DNA of 40,000 bases, taken from assembly GCF_023554255.2 (NCBI RefSeq), contig NZ_JAMJWD020000001.1, positions 796,755 to 836,754 of the forward strand, given 5' to 3'. The DNA comes from Phyllobacterium sp. 21LDTY02-6 (GTDB taxonomy: Bacteria > Pseudomonadota > Alphaproteobacteria > Rhizobiales > Rhizobiaceae). The translations under genes and the position numbers were made by a program. Of the stretch, positions 8,553 through 16,746 are shown one piece after another. Numbering within the stretch: position 1 is the stretch's first letter; each line of letters starts with the position of its first letter. The notes below the pieces were generated by a model. The model ran no database searches and was not told the DNA's origin. It was given only the letters and a program-made list of their open reading frames with translations.

Positions 8553-8888
8553 ATGACGAATTGGAAGCGAGTGACGAAAAGCAGTAAAACCGGCGGAAAT
8601 GATGCCGGCGAACAACCCCATCACGCGGCAGGCGCCAAGAAACGCCGGCATATACGGCTGTTTGGCCGCCACCTGCCGGTGCCGCAATCGGTGGCAATGC
8701 GTCGCACGCTGGGCGGATTGCTCGTCGCCGGCGGCACGCTGGGCTTCCTGCCGGTCCTCGGCTTCTGGATGGTGCCGCTCGGCCTGATCGTGCTGTCTCA
8801 GGATTCGGCCATCGTCCGCCGCAAGCGCCGCCAGCTCGAAGTGAAGATCGGCCGCAAATGGAAAGGCAGCCGCCCGGCCGATAAATAG
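8553..8888 (+). CDS. Small membrane protein (two TM helices), start uncertain
   Basis: The C-terminal 63 aa (from M at 8697) are hydrophobic: LLVAGGTLGFLPVLGFWMVPLGLIVLS. The overlapping minus-strand ORF looks like a GC artefact. Confidence 0.45.
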   Translation: MTNWKRVTKSSKTGGNDAGEQPHHAAGAKKRRHIRLFGRHLPVPQSVAMRRTLGGLLVAGGTLGFLPVLGFWMVPLGLIVLSQDSAIVRRKRRQLEVKIGRKWKGSRPADK

Positions 8889-9021
8889 GCGCGCCGACCG
8901 CATGGCATTCAGCAGCCGGACGTTAAAGCGCGGCGATGAGAATTTTGATGTTGCGGCACAAAACAAAAACGACTATTCAGAACGCCGCAAGGAGAACTAT
9001 TCGGAATGAATTTCCTTCTTC

Positions 9022-9049
9022 TTGTCTAATATGTTGAAATCTTTATAAA
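9022..9049 (+). promoter_or_regulatory. Sigma70-like promoter candidate for tRNA-Cys
   Basis: TTGTCT (9022-9027), 16 nt, then TATAAA (9044-9049), ~13 nt before the tRNA 5' end. AT-rich context. Confidence 0.3.
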
Positions 9050-9062
9050 TTTCGACGTTTGG

Positions 9063-9136
9063 GGCCTCGTGGCGGAGTGGTTACGCAGAGGACTGCAAAT
9101 CCTTGCACCCCGGTTCGATTCCGGGCGAGGCCTCCA
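9063..9136 (+). tRNA. tRNA-Cys (GCA)
   Basis: Acceptor GGCCTCG/CGAGGCC, anticodon loop CTGCAAA, T arm GGTTCGATTCC, encoded CCA. 74 nt. Confidence 0.9.
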
Positions 9137-9158
9137 ACACAGTTTCCCGCTTCCGTAT

Positions 9159-10343
9159 CTATCTGATTTTGCTTTGATTTTTCTCAGGTGTGGCAGTCTG
9201 GGACGCCATCGCTTCATCAGGGTGTGGCAGTTCGTTCCCGATTTCACCCCAATCGATCCTCAAAACCGCCTGTCGCGCGAGCTTTGATCTGCGGGCATTG
9301 CGCGTGTAGATTTTCGACGTCTTTCCGTCCGACCAGCCGAACATTCCCTCAAGCATGTGATCGGTCGCTTCATTCTCGGCCATGTTCGTCGCAAGGCCCT
9401 TTCGCACGCTGTGTGCGGTGAGATGGGGAAATCCGGCCTGAGTGAACCAGTCTGACACACGATTGCCCAGACCTTTGACCGAAAATGGCTTGCCGAACTC
9501 GGTAAGTAGATAAGCCATGCCCTTCACTGGGTGCATCGCCAGGACGGCCTCAAGGATAGGGTGAATCAGGATCGTCAGCGTCACCGGATGCCTGTTACGG
9601 TTCTTGAACACTCGAAATTCGAACGAATCGCCCCGGCGATGCTGAGGGCCGAGCTTGGCCAGGTCCGAAACGCGAACTCCGGTGTACATGAGAATGGAGA
9701 GGGCAAGGACGGCCTTCGATGAGGTGCCGTGATGCTGGATATATTGCCGAATCTCTTCGTCGCGAGCTGTGGCGTGTCCGTCCGTCTTCTGTCTGAACGA
9801 TTGAACGAGCTTTGCAGTGTTGACCTTGACCAACGGCGCCGGCTTGGTTTTTATCCCGGCTTCAAATATCTGCCTCAACACCTTCAGCCGCTCATCGGCC
9901 GCGAATGGCGTTTGTTTCTTCCTATCGCGCAGCACAGCGATGTTGTCGGCATCGAGTGCCGATATCGGCATGGCGGCGAAAATTCGTTTGTCTGTCTCGC
10001 TGATCGGCTCGAGGAGCATTGCGTCGATGATTGAACGGCGCTTTGATTGGGTTGTAGGGTCAAGGCTGCTGAAAGCATCGCTCTTGAAATACGCGGTGCA
10101 GAGGTAATGAAATGTACCGGGGCGGGCTATCTGAGGCACAACCTTGTCATCAGACACTACATCCTCGGGTAGGGCGATCCCATTGCGAATCCGCCAGTAT
10201 TCTTTCGTGAACTCCTCGCTATCAGGGTTATCTGGAAGGCGCCCCAGGCGCTTCCCATTCAAGCGGAAGTAATACCGCGCTTTGCCATGCCGGTTCGGGT
10301 TGTACTCGATGTATGGCAATTCAACAGCGGCCAAATCGTTCAA
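9159..10343 (-). CDS. int: Tyrosine recombinase / phage integrase
   Basis: 394 aa. TGVRVSDL (Arg), HSVRKGLAT (HxxR), GWSD, KIYTRNA (catalytic Tyr). Adjacent to a tRNA. Confidence 0.92.
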   Translation of the reverse strand: MNDLAAVELPYIEYNPNRHGKARYYFRLNGKRLGRLPDNPDSEEFTKEYWRIRNGIALPEDVVSDDKVVPQIARPGTFHYLCTAYFKSDAFSSLDPTTQSKRRSIIDAMLLEPISETDKRIFAAMPISALDADNIAVLRDRKKQTPFAADERLKVLRQIFEAGIKTKPAPLVKVNTAKLVQSFRQKTDGHATARDEEIRQYIQHHGTSSKAVLALSILMYTGVRVSDLAKLGPQHRRGDSFEFRVFKNRNRHPVTLTILIHPILEAVLAMHPVKGMAYLLTEFGKPFSVKGLGNRVSDWFTQAGFPHLTAHSVRKGLATNMAENEATDHMLEGMFGWSDGKTSKIYTRNARRSKLARQAVLRIDWGEIGNELPHPDEAMASQTATPEKNQSKIR

Positions 10344-10585
10344 GCCGATGCCCTCCAGCCTGAGACATCGACCTCCTCCTCACCATCCACCGGCCATTCT
10401 GCCATCGCAGCTTCAAGTTCGGCTATCCGCCAAAACTTCCGCGTGTGCCATCTGCGCGGGCGAGGGAGCATACCTTCCTTGACCATTTCATCAACAGTGT
10501 TTGGGGCAACCCCGATCGCAATGGCTACTTCAGCACGGCTGAGGCCGAGCCGAGGGATGTTTCTGAGGCTTTCAATCTTAGCCAT
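10340..10585 (-). CDS. xis: Excisionase / AlpA-type HTH DNA-binding protein
   Basis: Start MAKIESLRNIPRLGLSRAEVAIAIGVAPNTVDEMVKEG (HTH). ATGA overlap with int. Confidence 0.7.
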   Translation of the reverse strand: MAKIESLRNIPRLGLSRAEVAIAIGVAPNTVDEMVKEGMLPRPRRWHTRKFWRIAELEAAMAEWPVDGEEEVDVSGWRASA

Positions 10586-11006
10586 CGGACTTCCCCCCAT
10601 TATCCACAGGATGTCTCGGGAGCGTTTCTTTCAGGGCGGCGGAAGCGAGGTTTCGCATGTCGACGACTTTTGACGTACCGAGCTCAAAGTTGCGGCTGCG
10701 CTCCACAATCCTCTCCAACGCCTCCCTTGCTTGCTGGTATTGGGCTTCCAACGCGGCGATGCGTTTCTCGGGGGCTTCGAGGCGCGTCGCATTATTGGGG
10801 CGACGTGGGTGGATGTTCTCGTTTTTGGGGACATTATTGGGGTCAAAGGTGCAACTCTTTTCCAGCGTTTCACTGTTTGATCTTGTATCGTTCACGGATA
10901 GAGTGGCTTTAGCCTCATCCAAAGTTGTAGCCATGCGCCGTTGAACGTTCGATGACTTTTCCGGATCGGCAATCTGCTCATCGATGATGGGTTGTATGTT
11001 GGTCAT
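10578..11006 (-). CDS. Hypothetical phage protein with coiled-coil (142 aa)
   Basis: Internal start MTNIQPIIDEQ at 11006 with ATGA overlap to the upstream gene. Confidence 0.5.
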   Translation of the reverse strand: MTNIQPIIDEQIADPEKSSNVQRRMATTLDEAKATLSVNDTRSNSETLEKSCTFDPNNVPKNENIHPRRPNNATRLEAPEKRIAALEAQYQQAREALERIVERSRNFELGTSKVVDMRNLASAALKETLPRHPVDNGGKSDG

Positions 11007-11404
11007 TGCTGGCGCTCCTGATACATACGGCGAGGCGGCAGGGACTTGGTGAGTGGGGGCTTGGTTTTCGCAACCTTGGGAAAGCCAGGCGACTTTATGA
11101 TGCCTTTCGAGCGCTTCATGCCCAGGTGCTTCGCCTCGCGGCGCTTTGCCTGCGAGATGACCTTGACGTCCGCGGCGGTCTTCGGCTTGTGGCAGCAATC
11201 GTATCCGAGCAATTGACCGTGTGCCGCAGTGAGCTTTCCGCTCTTATCGACCTCAAGGCCATCGGCCTTTATATGATCGATATGCCATTTCTTGAGGCCG
11301 AGTACCTGGCCACAGCCCTCGCAGAAGATGCCATGGATCGGATGCATGGCTCGCTTCACAATCTGGGCATAGACAGCTTTGCTGAATTCGCGCCGAGCCA
11401 TCAA
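11003..11404 (-). CDS. HNH endonuclease-like protein
   Basis: 133 aa. CEGCG...WHIDHIKA...CCHKPKTAAD (CxxC / HxDH / CH..KT pattern). Confidence 0.65.
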   Translation of the reverse strand: MMARREFSKAVYAQIVKRAMHPIHGIFCEGCGQVLGLKKWHIDHIKADGLEVDKSGKLTAAHGQLLGYDCCHKPKTAADVKVISQAKRREAKHLGMKRSKGIIKSPGFPKVAKTKPPLTKSLPPRRMYQERQQ

Positions 11405-11589
11405 GAGGGCCTCCGCGAGCGCTTCACGGCGCGTTCAATGATCCGCTCAAGATCGGCCGCCATCGCCTCGATGGCATTCTCATTCTGAGAGACTTCGAGC
11501 TTCAAGCGCAGGTGCGTCCTGTCGTAGACCGCAGCCAGTTCGCGCGAGCGACGGACTTCGTAGGGAGCGTGGAGGGGAACGGACGTCAT
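11401..11589 (-). CDS. Hypothetical phage protein (62 aa)
   Basis: ORF with ATGA overlaps on both sides. Confidence 0.45.
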   Translation of the reverse strand: MTSVPLHAPYEVRRSRELAAVYDRTHLRLKLEVSQNENAIEAMAADLERIIERAVKRSRRPS

Positions 11590-12008
11590 GCTGCGTCATC
11601 CAGAAAATGGAGCGGGTCATAGCCGATAGCATCGGCCAACTGTTCCATCGCTCGGTTGAAATATTCACCGAATTGCTCTGCGCTCATTGCGTCAAAGGCA
11701 GTGCTATCGGTCGTGACAAATTCGTCGCCGTTCAGCATCACGTTAATGGTGACGTAGCCGCAGGCGCGCTTTAGTGCGTCGTGGAGGTGCTCCGGCGTGG
11801 GCCATTTATTGGTGGAGCGGCAAACTACGGACAGGGCTTTCCAGTATGTCCGATGCTGGGGAAGGCTTCTTTTCGTCAGGGAGGTCAGCCGGAACTCGGT
11901 TCCCAACGACTTTGCCATTAACAACTCGGCATCGAACCCGGACACCGGCTGCAAGCCCCTCGGCGTCTTTCGAACGATAATCGTTTGGGCTTCGCGCTTG
12001 TTTGCCAT
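11586..12008 (-). CDS. Hypothetical phage protein (140 aa)
   Basis: Internal start MANKREAQTIIV at 12008 with AGGA RBS. Globular-looking sequence. Confidence 0.6.
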   Translation of the reverse strand: MANKREAQTIIVRKTPRGLQPVSGFDAELLMAKSLGTEFRLTSLTKRSLPQHRTYWKALSVVCRSTNKWPTPEHLHDALKRACGYVTINVMLNGDEFVTTDSTAFDAMSAEQFGEYFNRAMEQLADAIGYDPLHFLDDAA

Positions 12009-12049
12009 GTCCTGTCCTTTCCGGGGCATTCGCGCCCCTTGCCTGGTTG

Positions 12050-13042
12050 CTATTCTATCACGCGGTCGTACGCCCGCTGCATGATGTCGACGAGCTTGTC
12101 CCAATCGACCGGGAAGAACGTCTCCTGCAGGTGAGCGAATTCGGATCGCAGCTCTTCCCAATCACCTTCGTCCTGGACGCAGGCGAAGCGGGTTTCCGCA
12201 TCGGCGATGACTTCGGCTGGATTGCTGAAATCGAGATCGGCGGCCGGTTTCGTCGCCGGCGGTGGTGATAGCTCCGTCGAGCGTTGTTCCGGTTCGATAT
12301 CGGTTACAGCTTCGCCGGCATTCTGCGATTGCTGCTCGACGGCGATTTCACGCGTTGGAGAAGGCGGAGTGATATCTTTTGCGCGCTCGGGCTCGTAGCT
12401 CTCGCCGGCGATCTCGCGCGCCTCGTATTCATCGGTGATGCCGCCAAGGACGTCGGCGAAGAGCTCGCGAAGGCAGTATCCAGCGGAACGCCACTGCTGC
12501 ATCCTCTGAGGGTAGCGGAACCATGGAGCCTCATTCGGCACCTCGTTCCACTGCTTGGTGTTCCAGTCCTGTTTCTTGACTGTGGGCCGGTCATCCCAAA
12601 GGCCAGCACGCTTGGCGTCGGCAACCGAGAACTCGGTACGCTTTTCTTCGCCGGTGTCGGATCGCTTTGCCTCACACCAGCCCACACCGCGGGCTTCGTC
12701 ATATCCCGTCCGGATATAGGCAGCCTTCTTGGAACGGCGAACGACATTGATTATGCCGTCGCCATAAAGCGCCGGCCGGCCGCCGATGACGGTGAAGCTG
12801 CGCAGGGCTACCATGGGAGGCAAACCGAGCTCGGCGCCAGCCATCACCGATATGGCGACCGCGCTGACGGCATCCTCGCCGGTCTTTTTCCCAACGAGAG
12901 CCTTTGGCGCCAAGCCAGCCATTACGACCATCTTGGATACGCGCCAGATTTCCTCGATGGACTGAGGCACGATGGCATTTACACTGCCGCCGACCATCAA
13001 GACGGGCGGTCGGCTGTCTAGGATTTGCGCTGGTGCGTTCAT
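12050..13042 (-). CDS. recT: RecT-family single-strand annealing recombinase
   Basis: 330 aa. GLPPMVALRSFTVIGGRPALYGDG...WFRYPQRMQQWRSAGYCLRELFADVLGG resembles RecT. Confidence 0.85.
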   Translation of the reverse strand: MNAPAQILDSRPPVLMVGGSVNAIVPQSIEEIWRVSKMVVMAGLAPKALVGKKTGEDAVSAVAISVMAGAELGLPPMVALRSFTVIGGRPALYGDGIINVVRRSKKAAYIRTGYDEARGVGWCEAKRSDTGEEKRTEFSVADAKRAGLWDDRPTVKKQDWNTKQWNEVPNEAPWFRYPQRMQQWRSAGYCLRELFADVLGGITDEYEAREIAGESYEPERAKDITPPSPTREIAVEQQSQNAGEAVTDIEPEQRSTELSPPPATKPAADLDFSNPAEVIADAETRFACVQDEGDWEELRSEFAHLQETFFPVDWDKLVDIMQRAYDRVIE

Positions 13043-13044
13043 GA

Positions 13045-14073
13045 TCAGGCTGCCCTCTGCTCTTCGTAGCGCTCAACGCCGTCGAGCTCGTGGCCAGCGC
13101 GGATCGCGCGGTTTGCGAGCTGCTCGACGAGTGCTTTCAATTCGGGATGCTCTTTCAGGGCGGTGACCGCCTTGTCGTAGTCGACGATCCGAGCCGATAC
13201 GAAGGTACGAAGGGAAACCTTCGACCCTGTCCGGCCTGCCGTTGCATTGCGAGCCTGTGCCTCGCGTTCTGCTTCAGCGGCTTCCTTCGCCAGCCTGTCG
13301 GCGTCTGCCTTCTTGGCCAGATCGACAGGATCATTCGGGTTGGTCGAGATATCCTCGGCCTTTCGGGCGGCCTCTTCCGCTGCGCGCCGAATCCTGTCGG
13401 CCTCGGCTTGGGCCTCTGCCTGGCGCTGGCGTTCCTTGCGCTGCTCTTCCAGAAGAAACGCATCCAAATGGCGCTTCATCTTCGTCGACAGTTCCTTCGG
13501 TTCTTCCTTGAGGTCGCGCCATTTCTCGTCGACACGGCGGCTCTCATCGAGGCTTGGCTGCTTCTCGACCTTGTGCAGGCCAGTCGCCTTGGTGGCTATG
13601 GCCGAAAGACGCTTGGCCCAAGCAGCGGCCTTGTCCGCCTGCTCCTTCGTCGTGATTGGCGACTTTAGGAACGCCTCTGCGATCTCGCGATCGCTTTCGA
13701 ACTCGGCTTTCAATGCTTCGAATGGATCCGATGGCAGGTTCGTCCGCTGCACGGTCGGCGCCGGTTCACCTGGCCACTCCGCGCCTTTGCGCACGGCGTG
13801 GTAGGTTCCTTCGCTGATAGGGTTACGGCAGGCGAAGGTCCACACGCTTTCGGCGTCGGCTGGCCTTCCATCTACCAGGCAGACGGTGTTCAGGTTGTCG
13901 AACCAAATGGCGACCGTCTGCCATGGCCCGTCCTTGTGAGCGCGCCGGCGGAAGAAGCCGGATTTCGGATCACCTTCCGATACACCGAGCGTTTTCATCT
14001 GTTCGCGGGAAAGCTCGCCGCAGTCGCCGGCCAGTTCCAGCGCCTTGAAATACCATGCGTATTGATTGCTCAT
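13045..14073 (-). CDS. Hypothetical phage protein with long coiled-coil (342 aa), RecT-associated
   Basis: Internal start MSNQYAWYFKALE at 14073 with AAGGAA RBS. The central region is E/R/A/K-rich coiled coil. No nuclease motif seen. Confidence 0.6.
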   Translation of the reverse strand: MSNQYAWYFKALELAGDCGELSREQMKTLGVSEGDPKSGFFRRRAHKDGPWQTVAIWFDNLNTVCLVDGRPADAESVWTFACRNPISEGTYHAVRKGAEWPGEPAPTVQRTNLPSDPFEALKAEFESDREIAEAFLKSPITTKEQADKAAAWAKRLSAIATKATGLHKVEKQPSLDESRRVDEKWRDLKEEPKELSTKMKRHLDAFLLEEQRKERQRQAEAQAEADRIRRAAEEAARKAEDISTNPNDPVDLAKKADADRLAKEAAEAEREAQARNATAGRTGSKVSLRTFVSARIVDYDKAVTALKEHPELKALVEQLANRAIRAGHELDGVERYEEQRAA

Positions 14074-14246
14074 GCTGCGATTTCCTTCGATTGTTCTTCG
14101 GTGAGGTTGAGGTAGAGCCGCCGCAGTTCGGCGCGCGCTCCGATGTCGGGAAGGGGACCAGCCAAGGTCTGCTCGAGGCGGGCAAGCTGTTCGGTCAACG
14201 GCAGCCGCTCGAGTACCGCCAGTTCGGTTTGAACGAACAGGTTCAT
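14070..14246 (-). CDS. Hypothetical small protein (58 aa)
   Basis: Hand translation gives MNLFVQTELAVLERLPLTEQLARLEQTLAG... ATGA overlaps at both ends. Below the ORF-track cutoff. Confidence 0.45.
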   Translation of the reverse strand: MNLFVQTELAVLERLPLTEQLARLEQTLAGPLPDIGARAELRRLYLNLTEEQSKEIAA

Positions 14247-14473
14247 TTCTGATCACCGTGCCCACCGCCACCACGTCCACCGCGAGAGCCGTTGCCGCAC
14301 TCGTAGTACCCAGAGGCGCAAGAGCGCTCGTAATAGGCGTCCACGGTGTTGCTGGTCTCAGGTGTCCATGTGTTGTACGTTCCACAGGCGGACAGGCAGA
14401 TCACCGATCCGACGAATGCAGCGATTGCAGCAAACTCTGCTGCGCAGCGGATCGCTTGAATGATGTTCTTCAT
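14243..14473 (-). CDS. Small secreted/lipoprotein-like protein with Gly-rich tail (76 aa)
   Basis: Internal start MKNIIQAIRCAAEFAAIAAFVGSVICLSAC (lipobox-like LSAC). ATGA-coupled. Confidence 0.5.
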   Translation of the reverse strand: MKNIIQAIRCAAEFAAIAAFVGSVICLSACGTYNTWTPETSNTVDAYYERSCASGYYECGNGSRGGRGGGGHGDQK

Positions 14474-14550
14474 TGGTAATTTCCCCAGATTGCGATGATT
14501 GCGAGAACGGGCAGAAAACCGGCCCAAATGATCAGGATCAGTTCGTCCAT
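14470..14550 (-). CDS. 26-aa membrane micro-protein
   Basis: MDELILIIWAGFLPVLAIIAIWGNYQ. ATGA overlaps with both neighbours. Confidence 0.3.
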   Translation of the reverse strand: MDELILIIWAGFLPVLAIIAIWGNYQ

Positions 14551-14879
14551 CAGGAACCGACCCTGGCGAGCGCGGTCCGCGCCTTCGCTTCGGCGGCAAC
14601 ACAGTTGGACCAAGCCACCATGTTGCTGATGCCGCTGCCCTTGTGTTTGGGATCGATGAGAACGGCCAAGATGCTCTGGCACTGGCGTAACGCTGTGATC
14701 AGATCGTCACTGCCCGTTGCCGTTCCGGGTCGACGTCCTGCCTTAAAGTTTAAGTCCGCCAACAGGCTCAGGAACGTGATTTGTGTATTTGCATCCTCGA
14801 GCACGCTCAGGTCGTAGACCGGGCCTTCGTCTGTTTCACGCGTGATCAGTTCGTAGATGCTGTCGATGAGGGATTTCAT
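14550..14879 (-). CDS. Hypothetical phage protein (109 aa)
   Basis: Internal start MKSLIDSIYELITRETDEG at 14879. ATGA-coupled. Confidence 0.55.
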   Translation of the reverse strand: MKSLIDSIYELITRETDEGPVYDLSVLEDANTQITFLSLLADLNFKAGRRPGTATGSDDLITALRQCQSILAVLIDPKHKGSGISNMVAWSNCVAAEAKARTALARVGS

Positions 14880-15019
14880 TGGAAGCACCACGTCGCGAGC
14901 GCCGACCAGAAGTAGAGAGATGACATGACGACGAGCGACCAGATGAGGGCGCGCTCGACCTTGCGGGCGCGGCGATCCTGACAAGCGGCGATGTCGTCGG
15001 TTTCGTCGAGGTAGACCAT
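14876..15019 (-). CDS. 47-aa membrane micro-protein
   Basis: Hand translation gives MVYLDETDDIAACQDRRARKVERALIWSLVVMSSLYFWSALATWCFQ. ATGA overlaps at both ends. Confidence 0.4.
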   Translation of the reverse strand: MVYLDETDDIAACQDRRARKVERALIWSLVVMSSLYFWSALATWCFQ

Positions 15020-15285
15020 CAGGCGGCCTCAGCGGTCGCCATTGCCTCGTCGGCAACCTCGTCAGTGACATCACGGACGGTGGCTTCAATGAGGTTGATG
15101 CAGAAAACCTTGAGGACCTTGCAGCTCTGATATGCCGAAATTGCTGCTTCACGCGTCATGTGAGCGAATTCGCGGTCACCGTCGATGCAGATGCTGCCGT
15201 CACGATGCTGCCAGATGACCTGATATGTTTCGCGGTCGAGAAGCTGATTGAGCAGTTTCGCTGTAGGATTGTTCATTGCGTCCAT
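15019..15285 (-). CDS. First gene of the leftward early operon, hypothetical (88 aa; start 15285 or 15276)
   Basis: The track ORF starts at 15318. That start lies upstream of the inferred PL transcription start, so MDAMNNPT (15285) or MNNPT (15276) is preferred. Confidence 0.5.
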   Translation of the reverse strand: MDAMNNPTAKLLNQLLDRETYQVIWQHRDGSICIDGDREFAHMTREAAISAYQSCKVLKVFCINLIEATVRDVTDEVADEAMATAEAA

Positions 15286-15302
15286 CCGTTGTTGATGAAC
15301 AC

Positions 15303-15331
15303 AATGTACGAAAATCATTCAATATGCGCAA
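15303..15331 (-). promoter_or_regulatory. PL-like early-left promoter candidate
   Basis: Minus strand reads TTGCGC (15331-15326), 17 nt, then TACATT (15308-15303). The -10 overlaps an operator-like 11-mer. Confidence 0.45.
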
Positions 15332-15353
15332 GGATAAATGTACGATAATCGTA
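15305..15353. promoter_or_regulatory. Operator-like sites OL (two TGTACGAWAAT 11-mers, 34 bp apart)
   Basis: TGTACGAAAAT at 15305-15315 and TGTACGATAAT at 15339-15349. The second is embedded in the perfect palindrome TACGATAATCGTA (15341-15353). Confidence 0.5.
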
Positions 15354-15448
15354 AAATATTTTGAGCCTGTGGATTGTTCCGATTCGCAAGATTCGACTCG
15401 ACTTGTAGTTGTGGTTCTGCTTTCAAATAGAACGTAAGGAGAACAAAC

Positions 15449-15673
15449 ATGGGATTGGCGTTACAGGCAAGTAGCCGCGTCTTTGCGCTACACATCAGGT
15501 GCTCAAACTGCCTGAAGGAGAGCGTACAGGAGATTTTCGGCGGCCAGAGTGGTCCGTCGGACGTCGAAGAGCTGATTGAGAGCGGACTGATTGGCCAGGT
15601 CAGATATTCTTGCGTCCATTGTGAAAGCGCCATCGGTCAGTTGGTGGCGATCACAGAAGGGGAAATGGAATGA
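15449..15673 (+). CDS. Zn-ribbon-like small protein (74 aa)
   Basis: Strong RBS TAAGGAGAACAAAC-ATG. CSNC ... CVHC (two CxxC pairs). Confidence 0.6.
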   Translation: MGLALQASSRVFALHIRCSNCLKESVQEIFGGQSGPSDVEELIESGLIGQVRYSCVHCESAIGQLVAITEGEME

Positions 15674-15972
15674 ATCAACGGCAAGTGGGTGATTTCGTAA
15701 TCGTCGCGCCGTTTGAAAAGCGGGCAGCGGCATCGGCGCAGAAAGATATGTTTACGGCTTACCTGAAGAGGTGTTTCCCCAAGCTCAACTTTGCCATCGC
15801 GCCCTTCGCGCCGGTCGATAGTGCCGGCGGATTCTCAGTGATCCCAATCATGGGAGCAGTGGGGGGCGACGGAGAATGCTCCTTGTGCGAGCCTCCGAGC
15901 CGATGGTTGATCGCCGAAATTATCAAGGCTTGTGAGCGGTTCGATCTTCCTGAAGTTCGCCTTGCGTCCTAG
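15670..15972 (+). CDS. Hypothetical protein (100 aa), coupled to the Zn-ribbon gene
   Basis: ATGA overlap with 15449..15673. Its stop overlaps the repressor stop (convergent). Confidence 0.55.
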   Translation: MNQRQVGDFVIVAPFEKRAAASAQKDMFTAYLKRCFPKLNFAIAPFAPVDSAGGFSVIPIMGAVGGDGECSLCEPPSRWLIAEIIKACERFDLPEVRLAS

Positions 15973-16661
15973 AATTCAAAGTCATTCACAACACGGCGAA
16001 CAAGTCCGATTATTTCCACCACAGTGCCTTCATCGGCATGCATGTCCCGTTTGACAACGATCGGCTTGTGTTTTGGATTGTTTGAGCGTGGATGGAATTC
16101 AGTTCGATCAGCGTAGATCTCAACCTGTTTGATCGACCACTCACGCGTGTGGCCGCCGTCCCGAGTTCTCTCAACTACCACGACCATCCCATCACGGAGC
16201 GTGGCGTCATGAGCGACGTCCTCATAGGCAACGCAAACAGCTCTGTCGCCAGGCAGGATAGGGCGAGGGCGAAGAGCGTTCATCGAGTCACCCTCTACGT
16301 CGAATGCCACCTGGCGGGCGCCAGGGAACCTTTCATCTGGGGGCAGGGACAAGAAGACTGGCTCTGATTGATCCATGTCGTCGACTTCCCTGAAGGAGCC
16401 CGCCTCGGTTTTTCCAATCACCGGGATAGGCACTAGGCGCGATGTTGCCGGCCTAATTTCGCTGAAAGGATCCGGGAGTTCGAGGTATTCGGCGATCTTC
16501 GGAGGCTCCGAAACCTTCAAGCTTCGCTTTCCTTGCAGGAGTTGGGTTATCTGCGGATGAGCGATACCGAGGTGCTTTGCCAAACCGGATTGCGTTTTTC
16601 CCGGTTGAGCCAGCCCCTGCTTGATCCACTCCAAATACTTTTCCGTTACCTCATCAGCCAT
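15969..16661 (-). CDS. CI-like repressor: XRE-type HTH + S24 (LexA-like) peptidase domain
   Basis: Internal start MADEVTEKYLEWIK at 16661. HTH QSGLAKHLGIAHPQITQLLQGKR. The C-terminal part has the GDSM Ser motif and a downstream Lys (IKQ). Confidence 0.9.
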   Translation of the reverse strand: MADEVTEKYLEWIKQGLAQPGKTQSGLAKHLGIAHPQITQLLQGKRSLKVSEPPKIAEYLELPDPFSEIRPATSRLVPIPVIGKTEAGSFREVDDMDQSEPVFLSLPPDERFPGARQVAFDVEGDSMNALRPRPILPGDRAVCVAYEDVAHDATLRDGMVVVVERTRDGGHTREWSIKQVEIYADRTEFHPRSNNPKHKPIVVKRDMHADEGTVVEIIGLVRRVVNDFEF

Positions 16662-16667
16662 TGTTTG

Positions 16668-16746
16668 ATTTTCGCACAACACATTTTCCAAATCCTTTAG
16701 TATTTTCGTACATTCACTATTGTCAGGTCTGTATGAATATCGTACA
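16668..16746. promoter_or_regulatory. Operator-like sites OR (three 11-mers, 34-bp phasing)
   Basis: On the + strand: ATTTTCGCACA 16668-16678, ATTTTCGTACA 16702-16712, AATATCGTACA 16736-16746. These are reverse complements of TGTGCGAAAAT, TGTACGAAAAT and TGTACGATATT. Confidence 0.5.

Noticed and set aside
8415-8966. 183-aa minus-strand ORF between the two tRNAs
   Set aside because: Its composition is junk-like, and it overlaps a plus-strand ORF with plausible TM helices. Neither is strongly supported, so I kept only the plus-strand call at low confidence.
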